Assembly: GCA_965645245.1 (NCBI GenBank)
Contig: OZ287069.1
Span: forward strand, 2,666,001-2,730,000
Direction of reading: 5' to 3'
Origin: Massalongia carnosa
Lineage: Eukaryota
Length of the DNA: 64,000 nucleotides
Position 1 is the first letter of the stretch, and every line of letters starts with the position of its first letter. Shown here piece after piece: positions 38,612-50,579 of this stretch. A model generated the notes under the pieces. The model was given only the letters and a program-made list of their open reading frames with translations, did not search any database and was not told the origin of the DNA. A program made the position numbers and the translations under genes.

Positions 38612-40058
38612 TGCGAAGTCGGCGAGATGCATGATCCTGCACGCCCTCCCTCCACAGCTATTTCACCTAACGACTCACGGACTCTCTTCCTCCCCCATCT
38701 GTACTCTGTATCATACGGCTTACCTAGGTTTTATGCCAGGTAGAAATCGATGGAGAGCTGAATGTACCTCAGGACTACCACTTGCCTTATCCTGGCTATC
38801 TGAGAATGAACATGAAAATGAAAACCTCTAATTTAAGAAACGCTTTTGAACGAACCGTGTTCGCTTGTATCCCCTCCCCCTCTTTTTTTTGTTTCCAAGA
38901 TGAAGAGATAGAGATGAGAGTTCAGGCCCAGAAGAACGTACGCAAGATCTTTGGCGTCTAGCTTCCCGATTGAATAAAGAGAAGGCATTCGCCTTACCTT
39001 ATACACATTGTAGCAAAGTTTGCAGTTTTGAAATGGTTGAGATGGCGTTCTGCATCTATGTCTGCAACCTATCTTTTCTTCAACAACCGTTACGAAGAAA
39101 GCCCAGTTACGCTTTCGGGTGGCCTTTGGCATATTTGTAATCAAGGGGTGCGAAGTCTGAGTAATATCATTTACACACAGTACCAGTCTCAAAGGGACCG
39201 ACCCCGATTCTTATCCGTTTTCGAAAGCTTGTCTCTAACCTTCCGATCTTCCAACTTGTCGTCAAAGACAGATACTTTGGCTTTTTGATGCGCAGGAACA
39301 AGTTTTTCTTCGGGCTGTGTTACATGCCGGCCGGGCTTGGCAAAGCTTTTGCACCAGCATCCTTTTATGCGTCGAGCGAGAGGAATCGCCCAAACAGCTT
39401 TAACTAAAACAACATTGAAGACGATCGATCAAATAAAGAAGCGTCGGATCCGTCCAGGTAACATAAAGTATGTCATGAACAAAACCCTACCTATGTACCT
39501 TAAATCCCAACCACATCTTTCCATTCCTCGTATGTGTTCGCGTCGGCAAAAAACCCTCCCCCTCCTCTCCGTGTCCTCCTTTTCCGCATCCGGGATTTGA
39601 ACCTTTGTGTGGGGGAAAACCACGTCCGACGAAATGTTGATGTGCGCAACCCTAGTTAGCGGACATCGAGCAGTTTTCTGGAATCCTCTTCTCTTCTCTC
39701 CTCTCTCTGCCTTTCCCTATCTTGATGTTCAGCATTGCCACTACTATCCCCCCCCCTTGCAAGTATCCAAATATACGTACATACATACCTAGATATTCCC
39801 CTGAGTCTTATTTCATCTATCTATAGTTAGTTACCTTTTGTTGAATAGGTCTATGACTATGGCTATATGACTATGTAAAGATAGGGGCCTGTATGACCAT
39901 GATGTTAAGGATGCAGAGTTGCTACGGAGTGCAGAGCAATCTGTTCCCTTTATATTGGTCACCTCTGCTAAGCGAGATGATAATAGTTTATCCGAGCCTC
40001 TATGCGATTAGATTAGATCTTATCTTATCTTATCTAGTTAATCTATCGGCTAGGCAAT

Positions 40059-41386
40059 CACGCGGGGGACAAAAAAAAAACTACACCAAAATTTAACCGG
40101 GCTCAACTCCCCACCAAAACACAAGCAATTTACATACGATTTTGATGGGATAATTATCATTATTATGAATTCTAAACATATCGAGACTCCTACCAAAGCT
40201 AAAATTCAGGGAGCCGTTGAATTTTGCGAAAAGCAAGGCATTTCTTATCAAAAAGAGGATGTTTTTCGCACATTTGATGTGGAACGTACGAGGGGCTATG
40301 CATACCTGCGTGAAGGAGCCTCATCACGCCGTCATCATAATAATTCCGATGTTTCTGAAGCTCGTGGGCGTCACAAAATTGTTATGCCTAAATTGATTAG
40401 AGAAATGGAACGGCTATTGGAAGAAGAAGGTATGGAGGCGCGCGCTCTTACATGGGAGCAATTGGGCTTCGAAGTAGGCCTAGACTGCAGTGGCAAAACC
40501 ATTCAACGAATCATGGGCACCATGGATTATCACAAATGCATTGCGTGCAGAAAGGGATGGGTGAACGAGAAGACAAGAAAGCTTCGTATGAAGTGGTCAG
40601 ATGCTATGCTTTCTAGATATCCAAATGCAGAAGACTGGAAACAAGTTCGATTTAGTGACGAAGTGCACTTTGGATGGGGACCTCAGGGCAAATTACGCAT
40701 CATACGAAGATTAGGTGAACGTTATTGTCATGATTGTATTCAAGAAGCAGATGAACCAGACGAGGCCGTCAAGAAGAGACATCACTGTTGGGCTGCTGCA
40801 GGTCATGACTTCAAGTCAGATATCTACTTTTACAGAGTTCCTGGAAACTCCAATGGAAAGATGAGTCAACGAGTCTATATCGACTCTATATTGGAGCCTA
40901 TTGTGAAGCCCTGGATTGAAGCAAAACACGATTTCGTCTTAGAAGAAGACGGTGATTCTGGACATGGACCAGGCAAATCAAACATTGTACGCACTTGGAA
41001 GCAGAACAACGATCTGAAGCACTATTTCAACTGTCCATGTTCACCTGATTTGGCCCCCATAGAAAATTGCTGGCAGGCCCCGAAGCAATATTTAAAAAAA
41101 TATCCTCATTGGGATGATGATACGACCAAGGGGCTAATTTATGAGGGGTGGGCGAACGTTTCCCAGGCATTTATCAATGAACGGGTGTCTACTATGCCAG
41201 ATAGATTGAGAGCTGTTTTGGATGGTGAGGGTAAAATGACTGGTTATTGAATAGATTGAATGAATTGGATGACTGGTTGTTGAAATGGTGATTATCCCAT
41301 CAAAATTGTATGGAAATTGCTTGTGTTTTGGTGGGGGGTTGAACCCGGTTAAATTTTGGTGTAGTTTTTTTTTTGTCCCCCGCGTG
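40059..41386 (+). mobile_element. Apparently intact Tc1/mariner-superfamily DNA transposon (1328 bp, 103-bp TIRs) flanked by 5-bp direct repeat GCAAT
   Basis: TIRs 40059-40161 and 41284-41386 begin CACGCGGGGGACAAAAAAAAAACTACACC and differ at 6 positions. GCAAT at 40054-40058 and 41387-41391. Confidence 0.95.
40165..41250 (+). CDS. Tc1-like DD37E transposase (361 aa, intronless, uninterrupted)
   Basis: VRFSDEVHF, CWAAAG, YIDSILEP, VLEEDGDSGH, SPDLAPIENCW. 37 residues lie between the second D and E. C-terminal TMPDRLRAVLDGEGKMTGY. Confidence 0.93.
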   Translation: MNSKHIETPTKAKIQGAVEFCEKQGISYQKEDVFRTFDVERTRGYAYLREGASSRRHHNNSDVSEARGRHKIVMPKLIREMERLLEEEGMEARALTWEQLGFEVGLDCSGKTIQRIMGTMDYHKCIACRKGWVNEKTRKLRMKWSDAMLSRYPNAEDWKQVRFSDEVHFGWGPQGKLRIIRRLGERYCHDCIQEADEPDEAVKKRHHCWAAAGHDFKSDIYFYRVPGNSNGKMSQRVYIDSILEPIVKPWIEAKHDFVLEEDGDSGHGPGKSNIVRTWKQNNDLKHYFNCPCSPDLAPIENCWQAPKQYLKKYPHWDDDTTKGLIYEGWANVSQAFINERVSTMPDRLRAVLDGEGKMTGY

Positions 41387-42011
41387 GCAATGCTGGTAGA
41401 AGTTGAACATTCAACACCTTTCCCCAACCGCTAGACTTCCTTATGATATGGTACGTACGGTATGTATATATATTCGCCCCCCAAAACGAAAACAACCAAT
41501 GCATCCTGTAAAATCGCATGAATGATAGATTTCACTCTCACTCTTGTTGAGCCTACCTTCCTTGCCAAGCTAGCAACGCTCCCCTCCTGGAAAGCAGACA
41601 TGTGACTAGATTCCTTGTCTCCCCTCTCCCGCTAAACAGCCACCGGATTAATTAAGCTAGGGCTAAGCGGGAACTATTTTTGGGGGGGGAGGGGGGAGGG
41701 CGGGGGTAGAGAAGGGGGGTGGACCCTATGATCGAAAGGCTTCGAAGAGCTGCCCCTTGCGTGATCGATTCCTGTCACTGGCTAGTTCATAGCCAGAGAG
41801 CTACGGCAATGGAACCAGACGGTGACGTAACGTGATGAATGCGCATTTAAATCATATAGAAGCGCCTACAAAAGACCCATATGTAAAAGTCCTTACCCAC
41901 GACCAAACGTACCCGACGATACAGCTTGGAGTCTACCGGAGTAGCTTCTTGTTCTTATACATAGCCACCCAGTGCAATCCTCTTCCTCCAATCTCACAAT
42001 ATCCTTCCCCC

Positions 42012-44450
42012 TCAACTCCGCTCCCCTAAAAGCGGCGTTTCCTCATCTCCCTCAGCTTCCGCCTCCGCCTTGCCGCCCTTCCTCTTCCTCCTTCTCCGCT
42101 TCTTCTTTCCACCTCCCTCAATCTCCTTCGCTTTTGCATCCACTTTATCCGCATCCTCCGATGACTGGCTGCCCTGGCCGTTAGGCGAGCCGGTGGCAGC
42201 ACCGGCAGCGCCGTCCTCGACGTCATCCGATGAACTGCTCGTAGTCTCTAGCACCGTTTTCTTGACGCCGCCCGCGTCAATGATGTTCTCTGTGATGCTG
42301 CCCGAACGCGCAACACTGTGCGTCTTCCTGACTTTCGACAAAGGACTACTGCGATTAGGGAGGGAGCCGACGGTGCTCTGAGAAGAGGCAGAGCGGCTTT
42401 CACGAGGGGGAGAACGGGTAATGGAATTGCTGCGCTGATGCTGTTCCTGTGCGCCGGTGTCGTTTTGGCCGTCTTGTAGGGTTTGACGGCTTTTGCTGGA
42501 GATCCTAGGTGAGGTTGCCAGGTTGCCATGGCCCTCTTGCACTGCGAGAACACCGTCTTTGGCATCTTTCCCTGCAGAATGGAGAAGCCCTGTGCCAACG
42601 CCACCGTGTGGTGCCGTAGACGTTGACAGGTTCCTGGGAGTTTCGGAAGGTTCTCGGCTTCTGGGGACATTATCAGGAAGAGAGCCGCCTCCTCCAGGTT
42701 TGATCTTGACGGTGTTGTAGCGAGTCTGCCGAGGCCTGCTGGCAAGATTCGAAGGTCCCAGATGCTTCAGGTGGTCGCGCCATTCCGCTGGGTTGGATCG
42801 CTTGGGCCCGCTCTCTCGATCGGAGTTGGCTGTAGCGCTCGAAGCTCGCCGTAATTGCGCAAGAGGTTTCGGCGAGGCTCCACGCTCGGGATAAGACCCG
42901 TTGGCTTTGAGAGCTTGGCTATCGGAACCGCCCACTCGTCGCAGCGTTTGGTGTTGTGGTTTGGAGTCATCCTCAAGGTCGATGAGATCATCGTCGCCAA
43001 CAGCAGTGGGACTGTCAGGAGAAGCGACCACTTCGCCCTTTGGAACCCTCGATTTTGGCGCAGGAGCCATGCGGCGAATGGCTTTGTGAACATCAATGAA
43101 AACGTCCGACTCGTCAATGATCTCCCTGTGTGGTGATCAGCAGACCGCCCTGTAAAAAATGGCCAAGTACATACTCTCCAATGAGTTCCTCGATCACATC
43201 CTCCAAAGTGACAACTCCCAACGCACCGGTATCCTCCCCCGGGAATTCGGATACAAGGACCATATGGGATTTACCCTCCTGAAAGAAATTGACAATATCT
43301 AGGCAGCTGGTCTCTGCTCTCGTTTCGGGTAACGTAGCCAAGGCAAAGTCTCTGACGCGTTTGCAGTCTTCCGGGTCGTAGGTGATTAAGATCTTGACAA
43401 GAAGCATTCCCAGAAAGTCCTGGGAATTGTGTGGGGCGTAGATGGGGATCCGGGAATATCCTGCACTGAGGATGATGTCCATGGTCTTTTCGTCCAATAC
43501 GGTGTCTGCAGACATGGTGAAGACATCTTCCATTGGGGTCATTATACTTCCCACTGGCTTCGCTTTCAGGTCTAGGACAGCGCTGATGATGGTAACCTCA
43601 TCCGAGTTCAGCTGCTCGCCAGCCGCACCCAGTGTTTTGTGTAACGTGACCAGTGTCTTTAAGCCGGCCTTTTTGTACGTTGTACCATGATCTTCTCCTA
43701 GCAACCGATCTAGAAGCTTTGCTGTCGGCCATGCTACAGGGGCAAGAATATACATGAGAACAAGTACTAGAGGGGACATCCAAGCCCCAATCGGCAGACC
43801 GTAACGAACGCAAATAGATTGAGGGATGATTTCGCCAAAGATGACTGCAGACTATTAGCATGAGCCATCCGTTGCGGTTTGTGTCCCCTGCACGCACCAA
43901 TCAGGGCCGTGCTTCCTAGCACAGCTGGCCAGCCTCCACCCAGCGAGCGATCAAGCACAATTGGTAGAGTCTCGTTGGTGATGACATTGCCCAGCAGCAA
44001 CGTGACCAGGACCCAATGCTTGCCCCTCTTCAGTAGCCTCAGCACTCTTGCAGCATGCCTTTTCTCGTTCCCCTCGCCAGATTTTTCAATGACCTGTAAG
44101 TAGATCTCGTCCTGGGCAACGTTCAGCACCGTTGTAGGGATTTGGGGGACTGAAGGCATTACCTGGCCCATCAGCGCAATGGTCAGGCCTGCGAACGCTC
44201 CTCCCAGCAGCACAAGAGCCACAGCAAAACTTAAGTATATCCATAACCTGGGGCTATGTGGGGGTAATGAGGCGTCTTCCTTAATATTTATCGTGAGCGG
44301 AGCGAAGAAGGTCGGGGCGGCCCGTAGAAGAGGGAGGTTCATCACGCCAAACAGAAGATGAGCAACAGATAGAACAGCTGGTCGAACGGCAAAATATCCG
44401 CGGGAAACACACATATTTCCATGACGTGCGGGTGCTGTTGATTGCTTCAT
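42012..44450 (-). CDS. MAM3: Mam3/CNNM-family membrane protein (DUF21 plus CBS pair)
   Basis: [100 protein letters not shown]. About three introns. Confidence 0.92.
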
Positions 44451-45160
44451 TACTAGACAATGTCATAGGTCCTCGTTGTGGTGCTGAGTTATCCGGAGAG
44501 ATTGGAGCTAGAAGAGCGTGAGAGAACGAAATGAAGGGTTGACTCAACTCAGTGCCATTATGAAGGGAGTGTCATTGGATCATTAAATCATTCAATGCGA
44601 TGGTACAAGTAGTTAACTCTTCTTAAAACCACCTCCGTGAACTACGATCATGTACTTCATCCAAAGCAGACTAGCGACATATTTTTGCCAGGCACGTGTA
44701 AGGGACTCTAACCCGGCAACAATCAATCCAGAGACCCCCTGGACTCCAACTCGATGACCCATCAAACCCCCCGGTGTTGAAGCCTTGGATTGTTTCTAAG
44801 ACTCATGGTAAATAGTCAATAGCTGCCGGAGAGTTGGACTCATACAGTGTTCTGAACACGTCCTAAGTCTTGTTCATTGAATATCCTGGTGTATGTACTA
44901 TGTCTCGCTTTTCGTACTTCAAGCATGAAATGTCTGTCTTTCATGGTTATATGGCATGACTCAGAAGAATCCAAACGACTGCATACGTCTCACTTGTTCC
45001 TTTATGAATCGCTTCAGACACTGCCGTCTACTCTTTTCATTTCATGCATCTTTCCACCGGTAACCCATAGAAATATGCCTTCAGCCCTTTTCTCCCCTTC
45101 TTTCCATCTCCCCAGTCCTCCGTCCTTCAAACCCACTCTCCGCCCGTTTCGTCCATAGCA

Positions 45161-45723
45161 ATGTCAACCCCTACCCAAGACACCTATTTCGCCTCTTACC
45201 CCACCTTTACGCCTGATTCCACTGCCCCGCTCCTTGAGAACTTCGACCGGTTAGCCCACACCCAAACCTGGAATGCCCGTCGACATCGAAAAGAACGCAA
45301 TGTTTGCCTCTTGGCCGCTTTTGACGTCCATCTTGGGGGAATCGAGGGAAGCGACTTGCAGAAGTGGCAGGGTGTGTGCCGTGAATTGGGAGTGGATCCC
45401 CTGCCCGCGTCGATCAAGGAGTGCAAAAAGGTACGCACGATGGAAGTCATCTTAGCCCGTTTGCTTTTGCAACGGGAAGGGTTTGGATTAATGTAATTTA
45501 AAAGGATGGAAGAAGTTAACGCGAGAGTAAGCAGGTGATGAGTAGAGAGATCCACGTCAATCTGATCGATTTGATTGATAGCCGTCGGCTGGGGTTTCCA
45601 GTCCAAACCTTCCGATCACATCAGGCGCTGCAGGAATACACGCTGAAATCGGGGAAGATCTTTCCAAAGCAAACGGCCAAGAAGGACGCTTTGTTGAGGG
45701 TTTTATTGCGGACGATTTGGTAA
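45161..45723 (+). CDS. Small conserved fungal hypothetical protein
   Basis: Two exons (intron 45431-45534): LQKWQGVCRELGVDPLPASIKECKK/VMSREIHVNLIDLID...LQEYTLKSGKIFPKQTAK. Confidence 0.8.
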
Positions 45724-45943
45724 GCCACCGAGACATGATATGGGAAGAGGCGACAAGGATATTGGAAAGGACGGGTTTACAGAGTAAGAATGTTTTGCAA
45801 GAATAGTATTATCATGTGACTATCCAAATGAAAATTATTAAAATTGGTATGGTGTTGTATATACACAATTCATATCTCATGACAGAAACGAAACAAAAAT
45901 CCTAGCCTAAAAAGACCATGCTGAAATGAAAACGCTGAAGTGT

Positions 45944-46929
45944 TTACTGAGCGGTTAGATCGAAAGTGGGGCTACTGGGCGTGGCCTCGATGATTGCAGG
46001 GCCAAAAATTATGATCGAGTCCGTGACAGGACCGGTTGGCTTAGAGTTGGTGATGAAAACATATGACTGTCCGCTTACGGTCGCTGGAACCTCGACCGAG
46101 AGAGCCTTGTCCAATACCGAGGATGGAGAGACAGCAATGGTGTCCAATCCACTTACAAACACAACGAATGAGCCAGCCGGAATGGATCCTGCAGCCTCAA
46201 GAGTCAGGATGGTCAGTGGCGCAACAGGCAACCCTTGCGTGACTGTCAAGCTAGGGAACGGCGTGACAGGTAATGCAGCATTGGTTGATGGACAAGACTC
46301 GATGAAAGAGGCGGCAAGGGTGAAGACCGAGTTTAGACCAAGAGCGGCACCGTAGGGATTTGCGGCGGGAACCTCGCCCAACGCTTCGCGCTGCATGCTT
46401 GTGTGCAGTGCCTCGGTGATCAGGATAGAAGCCGCAACGCTAAGGTAGTCCTTGCTCGTGATGAGCCCAGCTCCACCAAGATACGCAGAGGTTCCCACGC
46501 CCTCCAGGACTGACGAGAGGGTGATGAAGCTCTTGACGTCGGTGTAGGGAAATTTATATACGCAAGCAGCAACAGGTTTGGCGCCGGCAGCCGTCAAAGC
46601 TGTAGTAAGGAGCTTGACGTGTTCTTCCTCGTCATGCACGATGAACTTAAGGTTGCTATAGTACTCTGGGCTAAATCCTGCAGCCAGAAACTCCGACTCA
46701 GGCATCTGGCTGATAGCTTCTTTGTAGAAGACATTCTCAAGATGCTCGAGCTAAAGAGCAGAATCAGCGATTGTCATTCGATAAGGAAATACAGTTGCAA
46801 AGATCAAAAGCTTACAGTCAAGGCAAACTGAAGTATATCAGCGTCAGTGACGGTTTGGCGTTTCGTAGGAGCCGAGCAGACAGCGGAAGCCAGGAGGGCC
46901 ACAGAACCAATTGAACTGATGAACTTCAT
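45944..46929 (-). CDS. Secreted ferritin-like domain protein (Rds1-like)
   Basis: Signal peptide MKFISSIGSVALLASAVCSAP, TDADILQFALT/LEHLENVFY, HDEEEHV, LEGVGTSAYLGGA, AASILITEALH. Intron 46751-46815. Confidence 0.85.
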
Positions 46930-48693
46930 GATGGAATAGGCAGATATCGAACTAAGGATTGGATGGTAAGAGAAAAGGGATAAGATATCCTTTGAAAGAT
47001 CTCGGTAGCAGGAAGCTTTGCGATAGACAACTCGACTGGAACTGGAGCTGCAACTGAAAGTGAAAGTGAAGGTGAGATTGAGATTGAAAATAAAGATATG
47101 CTTGGTCTGTTAATGGGTCAATTGAAAGGAGGAGGGCAGGCGCTTAAGTACATCTCTCTCCGAGCAATCTTGCCAACTGCTGCGGCCTCCTGCCATACTG
47201 CAAATAGAGCCATGGCGTCAATAGCGGGAAGTCCATGCTCACTGGGGAGTACGGAGTGCTCAGTGCCCGGAGCTTGTTCCCCTCGTTGTCGTATGCCATA
47301 GTTAGCAGTGATTAAAGGGGCGAAGTATGTCAGTGGAGATCTCTAGAGTGAGCGAGACCCATGATCAGGATCAAAAGTTCTGACGCTAAGCCCTCGGTTT
47401 GCTCGACTCCGGGTCCCACGCTAAATAGCATATTACCGCGCCATGAAGTGGGATTTGAGCGAGGGGCAAGAGGAGCACTAGGCTTTATTCGATGCTCGGA
47501 TCGACAATTAAGGTTAGATCCATGAAAAAAAGGTCAAGCGCATGAACTAAAATGCATTAAAGCGATCGAAAGTGAAACCCGATTCGTCTTAAGATGAAAT
47601 ATCGGATGATTCGCTTCCGAAACTGCAAGACTTTCGTTCCAAACTAAGAACTAAGCGCGTGTCTTCAGGCATAACAACTAAACGACAAACCCTGTTGTTG
47701 CCACTTACTCTACACAGAGTTTACTACGGAGTACCTACCTCTAGATGCATCCAGCCTTCCAGCTGGAGCCAGTGGTAATTAGCTCATGGTCCGCTGGATG
47801 TTTGATTCAAGCGGATATCTATTGGTTAAGGTACAGGTACAAGTAAAGGTAGTGCTTTAAAAAGAAGCTCAGAAATATCCATAGCTTCATCATCCTGCCA
47901 GAGGATGACTGCATCTTACCCAACACTCACCAACATCAAATACATCTTTCCCGGTGGCCAGGCTTGTGCGCCACACTGGATATGTCGTGAGGGGAAAATA
48001 GGTATGAATAGCGACTCGTCAACCTTCTTTTTTATAGAATAGGCCAATCCTTAGCTATTTCAGTAAATCAGCTACCTAGTTAGTTGACTTGGTGAAATGA
48101 TGTTCCACCCGCCTCCTCCGCAATGAGTCGGGCCTAAAAGACGCAAAGGAGTACCCCGTACGTAGGTCCAATAATCGTGAGATTGTGACAAGGATCATCT
48201 CATCCCATCCACCAAGATATTAAATATCAACTTCATCGCAAGGATCCGAAATCTTTGGGTTGCCTCTAGAAGAAAGAAAGATTAGTGCAGTAGAAACTCA
48301 GTTCGACCGAAGGATGAAGCCAACGACTGTGCTGCGAGGACAAGCTCAAATCAACAAAACATCGCAAGAATGTAATTTTTTAACTCATATTGAAAACTGC
48401 CAAATCAAGGCTGTGATGTGATAGCTGGAGTCTTCCATCATTCGGTGACTTTCAAGTCCCACGATGAGGCCAAGATGTGGCCGTGCAAGTTACTCTGTAC
48501 CAGACAAGCCACAGCCTTCCAAGGCAGTCTCGCTTCCCAGCTTTTCATGCACGTGGCCTTACCTCATCACGTAACTATGGTGGTAACTGTGGTGGGTAGT
48601 GCCTGCCTATCAGAACTCCCCGCCGACTCCTTGCTAACAACAGCACAATCGATAAGCTCCCATCCTCACAACCCTACACAATTTATCACTACC

Positions 48694-49394
48694 ATGAACA
48701 TCAAGTCTGTGCCCCCCCTCTCCCACCCCCCTCTCCCTACAAAGGTTCATTTCTAACGCCATCCTTGCGTCAGAGTTCGTACCCTAACGGGCAAAGAAAT
48801 CGAGCTCGACATTGAGCCTGAGTACAAAGTACATAGACCATACCCCCCACCTCCTACCACCCTTTCTTTCCATCTTACATACTTCCACCTCCACCTCCAC
48901 CTCCATCCCAACCCCCGCCCTCGCCTTTATCCTTCCGTTTTTCTATCCGTCCAGGTTATCCGGAATATCAACGCAAAAAGCATCAGAACAGAGAAGGAGA
49001 GGGGAAAACCCAAGAAGCTAAAAAGTGAGGAATACAGGTATCCCGCATCAAGGAGCGCGTTGAGGAAAAAGAGGGCATCCCACCCGTGCAGCAGCGGTTG
49101 ATTTATGGTGGCAAGCAGATGTGAGTTACCCCCCCTCCACCCAACCTCCTCCCTTACTACACATTTTCTTGGGTGTTGCTCTCGGGGCTAATCCCCAGAA
49201 CGGCGGGAGGGGGAAATCGGCTACGATTTCAAAGAGCTGGAACTTTTTATTGAAAGGAAGTAGGATTTTATGGATGACTGATTCGTGAGTGAGGGGAACC
49301 TAGGGCGGACGATAAAATGGCTTCGGAGTACAACCTTGAGGGTGGAGCGACGCTTCATCTGGTTCTGGCGCTTAGAGGCGGAACGGAGGTTTGA
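48694..49394 (+). CDS. RUB1: Ubiquitin-like protein NEDD8/Rub1
   Basis: Four exons (introns 48705-48773, 48829-49037, 49121-49303) give [79 protein letters not shown]. Confidence 0.95.
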
Positions 49395-50579
49395 GGGAAG
49401 CAATGGAGGAGAAGGGGGTTTTGAAGATCGAAGGCTGCGGTTATGAAGGAATGAGTGGGTAGATATCACGCTTACGGCTGACATGATATTGTAGAGGTAT
49501 GATTTTTAGTAGTACCTAGACCGCTCTGGAGAATCAACTCGGCAAACATGAGAGTCGTTGACTTGAGTCCTGCCACTAACAAACGGTGCTATGAAAGAAA
49601 GTGGTGATGGGGGATTTGATTTAAGCGGTGAAGTATCAAGTTTCTTTCCATTTCCTCGCTTTTTCTGGACAGTCGTAATAGGGGCTGAGGCGATATGATG
49701 CAAATCAGTGCTCGAAGATAAGCCGAAATTTCGAGAATCTGTATTCTGTAGTTGTAAATGCGATCCAGGAGAAACCCCTCTCATACCCAGGCGAAAATAT
49801 CGCTCGAGTCTTTCATATCAGCTTGCACAAGGATAGCAACCAAGAATCATATGAACAAGTCATGGGAGGAGAGCACAATGGTCTGGTTGATTAGATAAAG
49901 CTCATGAATTGCTATTGGGAAACTTATCCATCTATGGCTGCACTCTATGTACAAAAAAGCTACATGACAGGGTCGCTATGGAAAAAGAAAACATATTCGA
50001 GTCAAAAATCCCGCTGCATGGATCAGCTCATCTTGACTCGTTGACGTGAACATAACGTTGGATCATAAAACCTGAGTTTCGTTGCGCAATATGCCTAGGT
50101 TGCGGGATGAGAAGACATTGGATGGTAGGACGGTGGATGTTAGTTACTAGAAGACGAAACTCCGGTTGATGTTTTGCTGGAGGATAGATTGATGGAAGAT
50201 GGACCTTTGGAAGTTGGAAGTTTAGATTTTTGTACGATAGAACCTTAGATGATGTATTGTTAGATAATAGGTTGCTGGGAGACAGCCCTGGGTGATGAGT
50301 AGCGGGTTGACAAGACCTTGAATAATATATTGCTGCGTAGAAAAGGAAACGGCCGAAAGAAAAAGGCCGTAGCATACGCCGTAAACCATCGCAAACTAGG
50401 CTTGCTTGCGCAAATATGCCATATGAGGAAAGAAACCGAAGATAGTTGCGCATGATGCCATCTAGTCCATAAGCCTAATGAACTCAAACGATACCGCTTT
50501 TATGAAAACCCCGAGGTGGAGAAATCGGTCATGAGGTTATCATGGATATTGGCTTGAACCAGTGATCCTCTGAAATAAA

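Noticed and set aside
38833..39623. Possible pseudogene on the minus strand
   Set aside because: Short protein-like stretches with many stops and no identifiable family, too weak to call.
40059..40085. Resemblance of the TIR start (CACGCGG...ACAAAAA) to RAG/Transib recombination signals
   Set aside because: The spacing is not 12/23 and the transposase is clearly Tc1-like. Treated as coincidence apart from the TSD-length observation.
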